From assembly GCA_963713925.1 (NCBI GenBank), contig OY970212.1, forward strand, positions 1,254,722 to 1,318,721: a DNA stretch of 64,000 bases, given 5' to 3'. Within the stretch, counting starts at the first letter, position 1. The number at the start of each line of letters is the position of its first letter. Made by a program: the position numbers and the translations under genes. The DNA comes from an uncultured bacterium. GTDB lineage: Bacteria; Babelota; Babeliae; Babelales; Vermiphilaceae. Shown piece after piece: positions 1 through 9,060 of the stretch. The notes under the pieces are model-generated. The model was not told the DNA's origin. It ran no database searches and worked only from the letters and a program-made list of their open reading frames with translations.

Positions 1-1840
1 TGGCAACAAGAAATGTAGCGCCTCAGCGAACATCGGTGCAGAAATAGATTATAAAAACGCAATCACCGCAAAGCTTCATGCTGACGTGGAAAACATAACC
101 CTTCTTGATATAATCATGCCGTATAAAGCCACATTAGATGCTTCCTACGAACAACAAAAAGCAAATGGAATTCTCACTATCGCACGTGATGGCACCGACA
201 TTTGCAATATATTGGCTTCCGCTGATATGGCGCACAATGATTACCAAGCTTCTGCAGAGCTTCTCGAAGCCCAAAACATATACGGATACATGCTCAATTC
301 GTGCTGTCTACAAGCAAGCTTGCATCAATGTCTTTTCAGTTCGCATCTTGAAAGCGATATCACCAATCAAAATGGTGGACATGTTCCTCTGAATATCACA
401 CTATCCCCAAACAAAGATACCCATGAGATAGTAGGGTCGGTCGGCTCTGCGACACTTTCAGGAGAAGTTACATTAAATGAAAAAACTATGGAAGGCGAGT
501 TGCGTCTGCATTCTGCTCAACAAAATCTTTTGGGTTCTTGCGCAGTAAGTGTAGGAGAAAAAAAGAGCTCGTGCCACGCGAATATCAATTCTTCCGGCAT
601 ACAACTCTGTTTAGATCAGCTCAATCACCCTATACAAGCCGATGGAACTATTGACATACAAACAAAATTGCAAGACGACATCCTCTTTTTTCAAACATCA
701 TTTAACGGAATGGCTCGCCTTGGTTCGCTGCATAATTGGCTCAAAAAAATTTCGCTTGAAGGTTATTATAACTTTGAAAACAAAACGTGTTATCTACATA
801 CATTGGATGGGGAATTGTATCGTGGCTCATTTCATATGGCAGATGCGCGATGCGTGTTGGACCAACAGTATGGTCTTGAATATCTGCATGCGCCCATCAC
901 TCTATCGGAATGCTTGATTAACATACGAAAAGATCTCTTTACGATGATATCATCAGGCCTTGTTATTTCTTACAAAAAGCAGGAACAACCGTACATCTCA
1001 GGAACCATTTTCTTTGATAAAACGATGATTAAAGAAAATCTTTTTTCACCACAATTCATTCAATCATTGTTTCCTCAGTCAGTTGCAACAAACAAAACAT
1101 TCTTTGTCGATCCTCTCTTTTCCATTGCGATACAAACAAAAGATGTTATTCACGTTAAAACACCACTTCTGGAACTTGCCGCCCACATGAGATTATCGCT
1201 CCAAGGATCTGCATCACACCCAGAACTACAAGGCCGCATTTTACTCCAATCAGGCTCACTTGCCTTCCCCTATGCGCGATTATTGTTTTCAAAAGGTAAA
1301 ATAGAATTTGCAAAAGACAGAATTACTGACCCCATCATCGAACTTCATGCACGCAACACCATAAAAAAATATAAAATCAGTTTGCAAGTCACCGGCTCGC
1401 TCAAATATCCTCATATTCTTTTGGATTCATACCCAAATCTTTCCCAAGAGCAAATTCTCTGTTTATTACTTGCCGGATCACCTGATTCGCTCTCCGGAAT
1501 TGCTCCGGCAGCGCTCCTACAAAGTATGAAATATCTTGTGCTTGATGCAGAACATGCACCATCCAAGCTGCATGCCGCTATTCGTCAATTGTTTGCTCCA
1601 TTTAAACATATCTATCTCATTCCAAGTTTTTCAGATCAAACAAGCAGAGGTGGATTGCGCGGAGCTATCGAAATTGATATAGCGGATCGCTGGCGAGCCC
1701 TCATTCAGAAAAACTTTAGCTTGACAGAAGATACAAGACTTGAAATAGAGTATGCAATAACGGATGACATGTGGTTCCGAGCATTTCGAGACGAACGTCA
1801 TGACGTTGGGGCCGAATTGGAGTTTCGGTGGAAGTTTTAA
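1..1840 (+). CDS. tamB: TamB-like translocation/assembly module protein (DUF490-type C-terminus), 5'-partial
   Basis: The frame of ORF 86..1840 is open back to the window edge. The C-terminus (LSLQGSASHPELQGRI...ISLQVTGSLKYPHILLDSYPNLSQEQILCLLLAG...GAELEFRWKF) has the TamB pattern. Confidence 0.75.
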   Translation, partial: GNKKCSASANIGAEIDYKNAITAKLHADVENITLLDIIMPYKATLDASYEQQKANGILTIARDGTDICNILASADMAHNDYQASAELLEAQNIYGYMLNSCCLQASLHQCLFSSHLESDITNQNGGHVPLNITLSPNKDTHEIVGSVGSATLSGEVTLNEKTMEGELRLHSAQQNLLGSCAVSVGEKKSSCHANINSSGIQLCLDQLNHPIQADGTIDIQTKLQDDILFFQTSFNGMARLGSLHNWLKKISLEGYYNFENKTCYLHTLDGELYRGSFHMADARCVLDQQYGLEYLHAPITLSECLINIRKDLFTMISSGLVISYKKQEQPYISGTIFFDKTMIKENLFSPQFIQSLFPQSVATNKTFFVDPLFSIAIQTKDVIHVKTPLLELAAHMRLSLQGSASHPELQGRILLQSGSLAFPYARLLFSKGKIEFAKDRITDPIIELHARNTIKKYKISLQVTGSLKYPHILLDSYPNLSQEQILCLLLAGSPDSLSGIAPAALLQSMKYLVLDAEHAPSKLHAAIRQLFAPFKHIYLIPSFSDQTSRGGLRGAIEIDIADRWRALIQKNFSLTEDTRLEIEYAITDDMWFRAFRDERHDVGAELEFRWKF

Positions 1841-1858
1841 AAAAGTATAAGGGAAGTA

Positions 1859-2704
1859 ATGAAGCATATGGTAGTAGTAATACTGTGCGCGTTATCGACA
1901 ATAACGCCCGCAACATGGTGTATATATAACAAAACTCATTTTGTTATTGACCAGTCAGGAAATCCGGTAAAAGATGCTCAGTTGTCCCAGGGTTTGGATT
2001 CAATTGAACGCCCTCGAGAAAAAAAGAACAGTTCATATCGCGTCTTTTTCAGCCCAAATGATGATGTGCGCGCCCGCCTGATCGATTTGATCAATCACGA
2101 AAAGAAATCTATTAAAGTTTCTATTTTTATGTTCACCGATAAGGATATCGCACATGCGCTCATTAGTGCGGCGCAACGGAATGTTCAAGTGGCTGTCATT
2201 GTTGATGGAGCAGCGAGCGCTGATCGATTTAGTAAAATTGAAATGCTCAAGCGTTCCGGCATTGATGTTTTTGAATATAAACCGCAAGCCCCAACCGGTA
2301 TCAACAATGATATCATGCATCACAAATTTGTAATTTTTGGATCAAATCAAGATGATTGCTCATTGCTCTGGACAGGATCATGTAATTTCACACGATCTGC
2401 ATCAGTGCGTAATCGAGAAAATGTTATCGTACTTGATGATACGGGTGTAATAGAACAATTTGAGCAAGAATTTGAGCGTCTGAAGCAAATAATTAAAAAA
2501 TCATCATCCATGCTTCACTTGTCCGGGCGGTCTTACCCAAGTTCCGTTTCACTACACTTGGGGCCCAAACTTCAGCTCGGCCCTGTGCGCCATAGCTCCT
2601 ACGAGCGGCGGCGTAAAGTTACGCAGGACAGGCAAGCTACACGACAAGTTCGAAAGGCAAGCAGGATAACCAAGCGATATATCAGAAATAATGAAATATG
2701 TTGA
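1859..2704 (+). CDS. Phospholipase D/Nuc-family protein with signal peptide
   Basis: FFSP, MHHKFVIF, WTGSCNFT and NREN motifs of single-domain PLD enzymes. The C-terminal tail is repeat-derived. Confidence 0.85.
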   Translation: MKHMVVVILCALSTITPATWCIYNKTHFVIDQSGNPVKDAQLSQGLDSIERPREKKNSSYRVFFSPNDDVRARLIDLINHEKKSIKVSIFMFTDKDIAHALISAAQRNVQVAVIVDGAASADRFSKIEMLKRSGIDVFEYKPQAPTGINNDIMHHKFVIFGSNQDDCSLLWTGSCNFTRSASVRNRENVIVLDDTGVIEQFEQEFERLKQIIKKSSSMLHLSGRSYPSSVSLHLGPKLQLGPVRHSSYERRRKVTQDRQATRQVRKASRITKRYIRNNEIC

Positions 2705-2870
2705 TAGGACAATAAAAATGAGCCAAGTTGAGACGGGAATTTCAGCAGGCTTCATTACTACAATTCCTTCTTAGCTCGATCATAATCTATTCGCCTTTTT
2801 TAAAAAAAGCAAGAAAAAAATCATTCATCGATTTTTGCTTCTATAACGAATATCCGGTAAAAAATACGTA

Positions 2871-2901
2871 AAAAAAAGGGGAAATGTTTTTCATTTCCCC
2901 T
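2871..2901. terminator. Intrinsic terminator between convergent genes
   Basis: A-run followed by AGGGGAAATG-TTTTT-CATTTCCCCT hairpin. Confidence 0.7.
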
Positions 2902-2909
2902 CTGCAACT

Positions 2910-3353
2910 TTATTGCAATAATGGAATAATATCTTTTCGGTTCAATTCTCGCGCTAACTCTAATGGTGTCTTGCCTTCATCATCTTTAATATCTTTTTGT
3001 GCGCCGGCTGCAACCAATGCTTTTACGGCTCCACTCTGATTTCTCATGGCAGCACCATGCATTGGAGTATCACCATTTGTTGGAAGCTGCTCATTTAAGT
3101 TAACACCTTGTTTCGCAAGTTGTTTGATCTTTGCAACATCTCCGGCGATTGCCGCTTTATACAAAGCAGGCATTTCGTTTTTTGAGTATAATGCAGCAGC
3201 ACGCACCGACAGTGGTGTTCGCTTATTCACATTGATCGCCGCAGCAATTTGCGTGGATAATGATGCATCCTCCGCTTGCGCCACCGCAATGCCTAAGCAC
3301 ATTAACACAACAAAACCTATATATAATAGGGTAATCTTATTCTGACGTTTCAT
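2910..3353 (-). CDS. Secreted ankyrin-repeat protein
   Basis: GDTPMHGAA and GKTPLELA ankyrin motifs, N-terminal hydrophobic signal, AGGAGG RBS before MKRQ. Confidence 0.85.
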   Translation of the reverse strand: MKRQNKITLLYIGFVVLMCLGIAVAQAEDASLSTQIAAAINVNKRTPLSVRAAALYSKNEMPALYKAAIAGDVAKIKQLAKQGVNLNEQLPTNGDTPMHGAAMRNQSGAVKALVAAGAQKDIKDDEGKTPLELARELNRKDIIPLLQ

Positions 3354-3590
3354 AACATCCTCCTGATTTTTACCCAAATTCCGTTTTCAACTTCATTTGG
3401 GACCCCACAAAATTGGATTTGGGGGTTATTTATTGGGAAAACCTCCATTTCCCCTGTCCCTGCATCTTCATTTTTTATGGTAGCATATTAAGAATGGTAA
3501 ATTCAATAAAAAGTGCGTAAAAATAAGGCTTTTTTATTCTTTAGATATTAACAGTCAAATTTCAAATACAGAAAAAAGCAACTCAAACTC

Positions 3591-3630
3591 TTGCGTTTGA
3601 AATTGCTTTTTTGCTATAATGCAAGCAATT
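3591..3630 (+). promoter_or_regulatory. Sigma70-type promoter of photolyase with flanking inverted repeat
   Basis: TTGCGT(3591)-18 nt-TATAAT(3615) with TG extension. AATTGCTT/AAGCAATT flank the -10. Confidence 0.55.
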
Positions 3631-3641
3631 AAGGAGTTGGC

Positions 3642-5018
3642 TTGAGTAAAATGTACAATACCTCACTGTTCATTTTTAGAAGAGATTTGAGGCTTTTTGA
3701 CAATACTGCTTTAATTGCGGCATGTGTCTCATCAAAACATGTTATCCCTGCATTCATTTTTGATCCTCGTCAAATCGGCAATGAAAACGGCTTTAAAAGT
3801 TTAGCTGCCCTACAATTCATGATCCACTCTCTTCAAGAGCTTAACCGAGAGCTCGTAAAACAGAGGACGACGCTTGCCATTTTTTATGGCAAGGCCCATG
3901 ATATAGTCGCTCAACTAATACAACATGTTGCTCTTGATGCTATCTTTGTAAATAGAGATTATACTCCATTTAGCATCGCGCGTGATGCGGCAATTAAGAA
4001 AATTTGTGTCGAACACAAAAAAGAATTTATATCTCATCCTGATGCGCTTCTTAATAAACCCGAGGCAATTTTTAGTCAATCAAAAACGCCATACACTCTT
4101 TTTACACCATTTTTTAAAAAGGCTATCACTATCCCTGTTTTGCCTGCTCAGAAATTATTGCGATCCCAGTGGTATACAAATACAATTCCCAATGATCAAG
4201 GAATCGATTTTTGCACAAAAATTTTGGTCTCTCAACAACAATCTCTCTTGCTACAGGGCGGAAGAAAAGAAGCTCTTTCAATACTTAAAAACATTTGCTC
4301 CTTCAAAAATTATTTGCAAACACATGATTATCCCTCTCTTCCTACAACACATCTATCAGCTCATCTGAAATTTGGTACTCTATCAATCCGTGAAGTATAT
4401 CATACGTTTATCAAAGAATTGGGTTACGAACATCCCCTCATTCGTCAATTATATTGGCGAGATTTTTTTTATCATGTGGCTTACCACTCTCCCTTTGTTT
4501 TTGGCCATGCGTTTCAAAAAAAATATGACTCATTAGCATGGAAAAATAATGAAGATGATTTTCGAAAATGGTGCGATGGGCTGACAGGTTTTCCGATCGT
4601 TGACGCTGGAATGAGAGAACTCAATAAAACAGGGTTTATGCACAACAGAGTTCGTATGATAGTCGCATCATTTCTAACCAAAGATCTTCACATCGATTGG
4701 CGGTGGGGTGAGCGTTATTTTGCACAAAAATTAATAGACTACGACCCAGCGGTTAACAATGGAAATTGGCAGTGGGCTGCATCAACAGGATCCGATGCTC
4801 AACCTTATTTTCGTATTTTTAACCCTTGGCTACAACAAAAAAAATTCGATGCTCATTGCGTATACATTAAAAAGTGGCTACCCGAGTTAAGCCATTTAAC
4901 TCCAAAACAGATTCATAGGCTTGAGAAAAAAGAGATAAAAGGACTTAAATATCCACGGCCAATGATTGATCATGCTAAAGAAAGTACCCTGGCAAAGCGA
5001 ATGTATAAACGATCATAA
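3642..5018 (+). CDS. phrB: Deoxyribodipyrimidine photolyase (class I CPD photolyase/cryptochrome family)
   Basis: FRRDLRLFDN, LSAHLKFG, TGFPIVDAGMREL, GFMHNRVRMIVASFL, DYDPAVNNGNWQW motifs. Confidence 0.95.
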   Translation: MSKMYNTSLFIFRRDLRLFDNTALIAACVSSKHVIPAFIFDPRQIGNENGFKSLAALQFMIHSLQELNRELVKQRTTLAIFYGKAHDIVAQLIQHVALDAIFVNRDYTPFSIARDAAIKKICVEHKKEFISHPDALLNKPEAIFSQSKTPYTLFTPFFKKAITIPVLPAQKLLRSQWYTNTIPNDQGIDFCTKILVSQQQSLLLQGGRKEALSILKNICSFKNYLQTHDYPSLPTTHLSAHLKFGTLSIREVYHTFIKELGYEHPLIRQLYWRDFFYHVAYHSPFVFGHAFQKKYDSLAWKNNEDDFRKWCDGLTGFPIVDAGMRELNKTGFMHNRVRMIVASFLTKDLHIDWRWGERYFAQKLIDYDPAVNNGNWQWAASTGSDAQPYFRIFNPWLQQKKFDAHCVYIKKWLPELSHLTPKQIHRLEKKEIKGLKYPRPMIDHAKESTLAKRMYKRS

Positions 5019-5027
5019 TAAAAAAGA

Positions 5028-5357
5028 TTATTTCGATGCGTCCTTAAACTGATTAGCAACATATTTACTCAAAGCAGATTTAAGTTGTGGATTTTCGCTC
5101 TCAAGAGGAGTAAGCAAGCTGTCAATTCTTGTTTTTAAGTCCACATTAAACTTCTGAGGATTTGATAAAACAAGCGTGAGTAATTCAGGAGATAATTTAG
5201 TTGTCATGTTTAAATTTAAAGTATGGATCCTATCAGCTCTAGTCTTACAAGCTAGAGATGTTCCATCAGAAGATATTTTAATTGCACACGGTATACCCCT
5301 CTGAACAAGTTCAACAGAATTTACTTTCTGTTTTTTCTTAAGATCGAATAACACCAA
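5028..5357 (-). CDS. Hypothetical protein, possibly the frameshifted 3' part of the upstream gene
   Basis: 109-aa ORF with no clear RBS. It contains a WD40-like blade (AIKISSDGTSLA). Confidence 0.4.
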   Translation of the reverse strand: MVLFDLKKKQKVNSVELVQRGIPCAIKISSDGTSLACKTRADRIHTLNLNMTTKLSPELLTLVLSNPQKFNVDLKTRIDSLLTPLESENPQLKSALSKYVANQFKDASK

Positions 5358-5376
5358 GCTCGCTATGAATTCTTTT

Positions 5377-6036
5377 TTAAAGACATTCTTTAGCGGTCAT
5401 TGCAAAATTCTGATGCTTTTCAGGTTTGACAAACAGACAAGACATAACATCAATTAACGTCCTATTGTCGATGATAAAATAAACAGAAGATATATAGGCA
5501 GGATGCGATCCCTTTTTAATTATAAAGTGATAATTATTTCCGAATATCTCCCTGCATGCCTTCATTTTTTTCAGAAAAGAAAATGCCTCTTGTTCATTCA
5601 TGGGAAGAGCTGTCTTTATCAACGGCTTCGCGTTATTGGTTCTCATGACTTTGACCAACCCTAATGCCTCTGCAACATATTTTTTATAATTCGATCTTAT
5701 TTCAACAGCATTTTTAACTGTTACGTCTGAATTGAGTTCAAAATCGATGTCGGAAAATGATCTTCGAGCAATGATATTTAACAAAAGTTGTAACTCACTG
5801 CTTTGCTTTTCACATCTCTTAAAATAGGTGCCAGAGGACCGAGAATCGTCCGTCAAATCAACCGGAATCATTTGAGTAGTAAAGCGGTACGAACACTCAG
5901 TAGACGGACTGAGTTCAAGTGTTTCTGCTTGATAGTAACTTCCCGCATTTGCCAAAACAATCGACATCTCTTGGCTTGCCCCGATCGAAAGAGTAAAGAC
6001 GAATAGATTGCATAGGATGCATTTTATAATATTCAT
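5377..6036 (-). CDS. Hypothetical secreted protein
   Basis: 219-aa ORF with signal-peptide-like N-terminus. Confidence 0.55.
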   Translation of the reverse strand: MNIIKCILCNLFVFTLSIGASQEMSIVLANAGSYYQAETLELSPSTECSYRFTTQMIPVDLTDDSRSSGTYFKRCEKQSSELQLLLNIIARRSFSDIDFELNSDVTVKNAVEIRSNYKKYVAEALGLVKVMRTNNAKPLIKTALPMNEQEAFSFLKKMKACREIFGNNYHFIIKKGSHPAYISSVYFIIDNRTLIDVMSCLFVKPEKHQNFAMTAKECL

Positions 6037-6065
6037 GGTGATGTATTGAAATGGTAGTGTAAACC

Positions 6066-6590
6066 TTATAAAACTTCGAAATCTTTATACAGCATACTTG
6101 GCTGCACACCTAAGTTGTTTTGGTATTTATTACTCGAATACAAATTGTAATCGCCTTCAATGGTGTGATAGAAGATCTGACAAATTTCAACTTCGGGATA
6201 CACACGAATCGGTTGAACACAGAAAATTTCGAGCGTCCAAAATCCGCTGAATCCAACATCGCCAAATCCTGCAGTTATATGAATGAACAATCCGAGCCGT
6301 CCGATGGATGATCGCCCTTCCAACATAGGCACACATGAAAGCGTCTTCGTGTATTCCATCGTGCGTCCCAGATAAAGTTTCCCGGGCTCAAGCTCCAGAC
6401 CTTCTGCTGGAATGATAATTTTTTCAACCTCATTTTTTTTCTTCATATCCAAGACAGGATCCGAGTAAACCAACAACTCATTATGTAGTCGAAGATTGTA
6501 ACTGTTAGGACCAAGCTGTTTTTCGTTAAATGGTTCAATAACAATATCAGAACCCAAACGCCTTTTGATCTCTTTTCCTGATAAAATCAT
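6066..6590 (-). CDS. dcd: dCTP deaminase
   Basis: MILSG, PNSYNLRL, EGRSSIGRLG, TAGFGDVGF, TLEI, ICQIF motifs. Confidence 0.95.
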   Translation of the reverse strand: MILSGKEIKRRLGSDIVIEPFNEKQLGPNSYNLRLHNELLVYSDPVLDMKKKNEVEKIIIPAEGLELEPGKLYLGRTMEYTKTLSCVPMLEGRSSIGRLGLFIHITAGFGDVGFSGFWTLEIFCVQPIRVYPEVEICQIFYHTIEGDYNLYSSNKYQNNLGVQPSMLYKDFEVL

Positions 6591-6705
6591 CGTTTCTCCG
6601 CTCACTCGGTTCAAAGATTGTAAGATTGTAACAACCTGTTAAAATTACGGTATCATAAATTATTGCAGAAAACAAAAATGCATCAAATATGTATGAGGTA
6701 GTAAC

Positions 6706-7707
6706 ATGGAACGTCATGCCCAAGGCACACAGTTTGAAACTTTACATATCGAGCATATCAAAGAAGAAGCACAAAAAATTGCTCAAGTCATCGATCAAGT
6801 AAGCAAAGTTGTTATTGGTCAGACAAAAGCGATAGAAAGCATGGTTCTTGCTCTTTTGTGCAATGGCCATATTTTGCTTGAAGGTGTCCCCGGCGTTGCA
6901 AAGACAACTATGATCAAATCTATCGCACAAGCATTGGGACTCAAATTCACTCGCATACAATTCACGCCCGATCTCATGCCAGCCGATGTCATCGGAACTA
7001 TGATCTACAACGCAAAAACGCACGAATTTGAAACACGCAAAGGTCCTATCTTTGCAAATCTCATTCTCGCTGACGAAATTAACCGCGCGCCCGCAAAAGT
7101 GCAATCTGCGCTGCTTGAAGCAATGCAAGAACAGCAAGTGACTATTGGTTCAACTTCATATCATCTCGATAAACCTTTCTTTGTGTTTGCAACACAAAAC
7201 CCGATAGAACAAGAGGGCACCTATCGCTTGCCTGAAGCTCAAGTTGATCGTTTCATGTTTAAAATCTCTGTGAACTATCCTTCACGAGAACATGAGCGAC
7301 AAATGATTCTCTCAAAGCAACTCAAGCCCACTATTACCCCCGTTATATCCGGGGCTGAACTCAACAGTATGCAAGGCATCGTCGAAAGCGTGTATTGTGA
7401 TCCTAAAATTTTGGATTACATTTTATCTTTGGTGTTTGCAACGCGTGATCCTGAAAGTTATAACCTCAAAATTTTGAAAAGCTACATCACCTCAGGCGCA
7501 TCTCCTCGAGCCACCATTGCATTAGTGCACGCCTCAAAAGCATATGCTTTTTTAAAACAGCGACATTATATTATTCCCGATGATGTGAAAGCAGTGGCGT
7601 ATGATATTTTGTGCCACAGAATTAGTCTGAGCTATGGAGCGGAATCAGAAAACATTCAGGCATTCCATATCATACAAAAAATTATAAATACGATTCCTAC
7701 GCCGTAA
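6706..7707 (+). CDS. moxR: MoxR-family AAA+ ATPase
   Basis: HILLEGVPGVAKT, RIQFTPDLMPAD, LADEINRAPAKVQSALLEAM, ATQNPIEQEGTY. Confidence 0.95.
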   Translation: MERHAQGTQFETLHIEHIKEEAQKIAQVIDQVSKVVIGQTKAIESMVLALLCNGHILLEGVPGVAKTTMIKSIAQALGLKFTRIQFTPDLMPADVIGTMIYNAKTHEFETRKGPIFANLILADEINRAPAKVQSALLEAMQEQQVTIGSTSYHLDKPFFVFATQNPIEQEGTYRLPEAQVDRFMFKISVNYPSREHERQMILSKQLKPTITPVISGAELNSMQGIVESVYCDPKILDYILSLVFATRDPESYNLKILKSYITSGASPRATIALVHASKAYAFLKQRHYIIPDDVKAVAYDILCHRISLSYGAESENIQAFHIIQKIINTIPTP

Positions 7708-7815
7708 TGTTGACTATTGATACGCGCATGGCAAAAGACCGGCTTGACAAAAAAATCATTCGATGGTTATTGTGTGAGATAAGCAAAAGTGAAGCAGTGC
7801 TTGAATATGATAAGT

Positions 7816-7923
7816 TATCCCACACGACCGCTAACACTCCGCATGAGGACCTTTACAACGGGTTCCCTATGAACGTAGGCCCCAAACGAACCATGGGTAA
7901 AAGTGTTGCGGAATATGGGTATA
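7816..7923. ncRNA. Candidate structured RNA/leader upstream of the secretion cluster (family unassigned)
   Basis: Nested complementary segments: TATCCCA/TGGGTATA, CCGCTAACACT/AGTGTTGCGG, CATG/CATG, plus two internal hairpins. TTGACA lies upstream at 7744. Confidence 0.4.
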
Positions 7924-7943
7924 AATAAAAGGGATCAAAGAGT

Positions 7944-9053
7944 ATGAGACATCCATTTTGGATTTTGAATTCAGTGCTCGTTTTTTTGATCGCCCTGTTG
8001 GCCGGCTACCTCTATCTGAGCTATCAAACTCCTCTAGAGCGCACAGAAATAGAAGCTGCGCCGGTTCGTCCTGTATCTAAAAAAAGTGAACAAAAAATAA
8101 TCATCGAACGTATTTACGAAAATGATATTTTCGGCACAACGCCGCGCAAAGTGATCAAAGAAGAATCCGCTGCCGAACTCGTACAAAAAATGCCCGAACC
8201 ACCACGTCCCGTGAAAGAGGAAGCTCCTCCGGAGGCAGAAGTCACTTTTCTTGATCCATTACCTATAAAATTAAGGGGGATCATGACTTTTGCTCTTGAT
8301 GACTCGAAAAATAGAGCCGTTATTGAAGCGAGCGCAGGCAATGAGGCATTATTCCGCGTTGGCGATATGATTGAAGATGCCCAATTGCTCAGAATTTTTG
8401 CAAATAAAATTATCATCATCCGCTCAAACGGTCAGCAAGAAGTTCTCTACCTGAGAGAAAAAGATGCATTGCTCGATCCAACATACGCAAACGCGCTCGG
8501 CTGGAACGATGTCGTGAAACAAATTTCACCTTCTGAGTTTTCAATTAATGTATCAGCATTTACGACTCGAGTAACAAATATCAGTCAGCTCCTTGATATG
8601 CTTGATATCACGACCATTTACCAAAAAGGTGAAAACTTTGGCTGCCGCATCGGATCTATTGATGAACATTCTCTGGGTGCTTCGCTTGGGTTTATCAGGG
8701 GAGATATTATTACATCAGTCAACGATATTCCCGCTACAAGCACCGCGCAACGATTCAAGATCTACAAAACCGTTGTCGGGCTAAACCCTGAAGAAAAAAT
8801 TGTCATGAAGTTCTTGCGCAGATCACAAGGAAGCTGGAAAGAAATGGAATTCACGTACACATTGCAAGAAGTGCGCAAAAAAGCACAAAAACCAAGAACA
8901 TTTGAACCAACAGAAAACGAAAAGAAACAACGAGAGATCGTTGCAAAAAAACATACCTTAGCTCCAACCATTTCTGATATTCGAAATAGAGAACGTCAGA
9001 ACATGAAAGAACAAGGGAAAAAACCAACCTCATTAATCACTCCTCAGTCATGA
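7944..9053 (+). CDS. gspC: Type II secretion protein C-like (TM + HR + PDZ)
   Basis: N-terminal TM helix, IKLRGI...RAVIE...FRVGDMI HR domain, LGFIRGDIITSVN PDZ motif; directly precedes a secretin. Confidence 0.8.
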   Translation: MRHPFWILNSVLVFLIALLAGYLYLSYQTPLERTEIEAAPVRPVSKKSEQKIIIERIYENDIFGTTPRKVIKEESAAELVQKMPEPPRPVKEEAPPEAEVTFLDPLPIKLRGIMTFALDDSKNRAVIEASAGNEALFRVGDMIEDAQLLRIFANKIIIIRSNGQQEVLYLREKDALLDPTYANALGWNDVVKQISPSEFSINVSAFTTRVTNISQLLDMLDITTIYQKGENFGCRIGSIDEHSLGASLGFIRGDIITSVNDIPATSTAQRFKIYKTVVGLNPEEKIVMKFLRRSQGSWKEMEFTYTLQEVRKKAQKPRTFEPTENEKKQREIVAKKHTLAPTISDIRNRERQNMKEQGKKPTSLITPQS

Positions 9054-9060
9054 GAACAGT

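Noticed and set aside
7780..7923. Assignment as SRP RNA, 5S rRNA or tRNA
   Set aside because: It lacks the SRP CAGG-GRAA-AGCA domain IV motif, the 5S conserved blocks and a T-loop; left unassigned.
7707..7928. 73-aa ORF between moxR and gspC
   Set aside because: No recognisable motif. It spans a promoter and a strongly structured segment better explained as RNA, but is not fully excluded.
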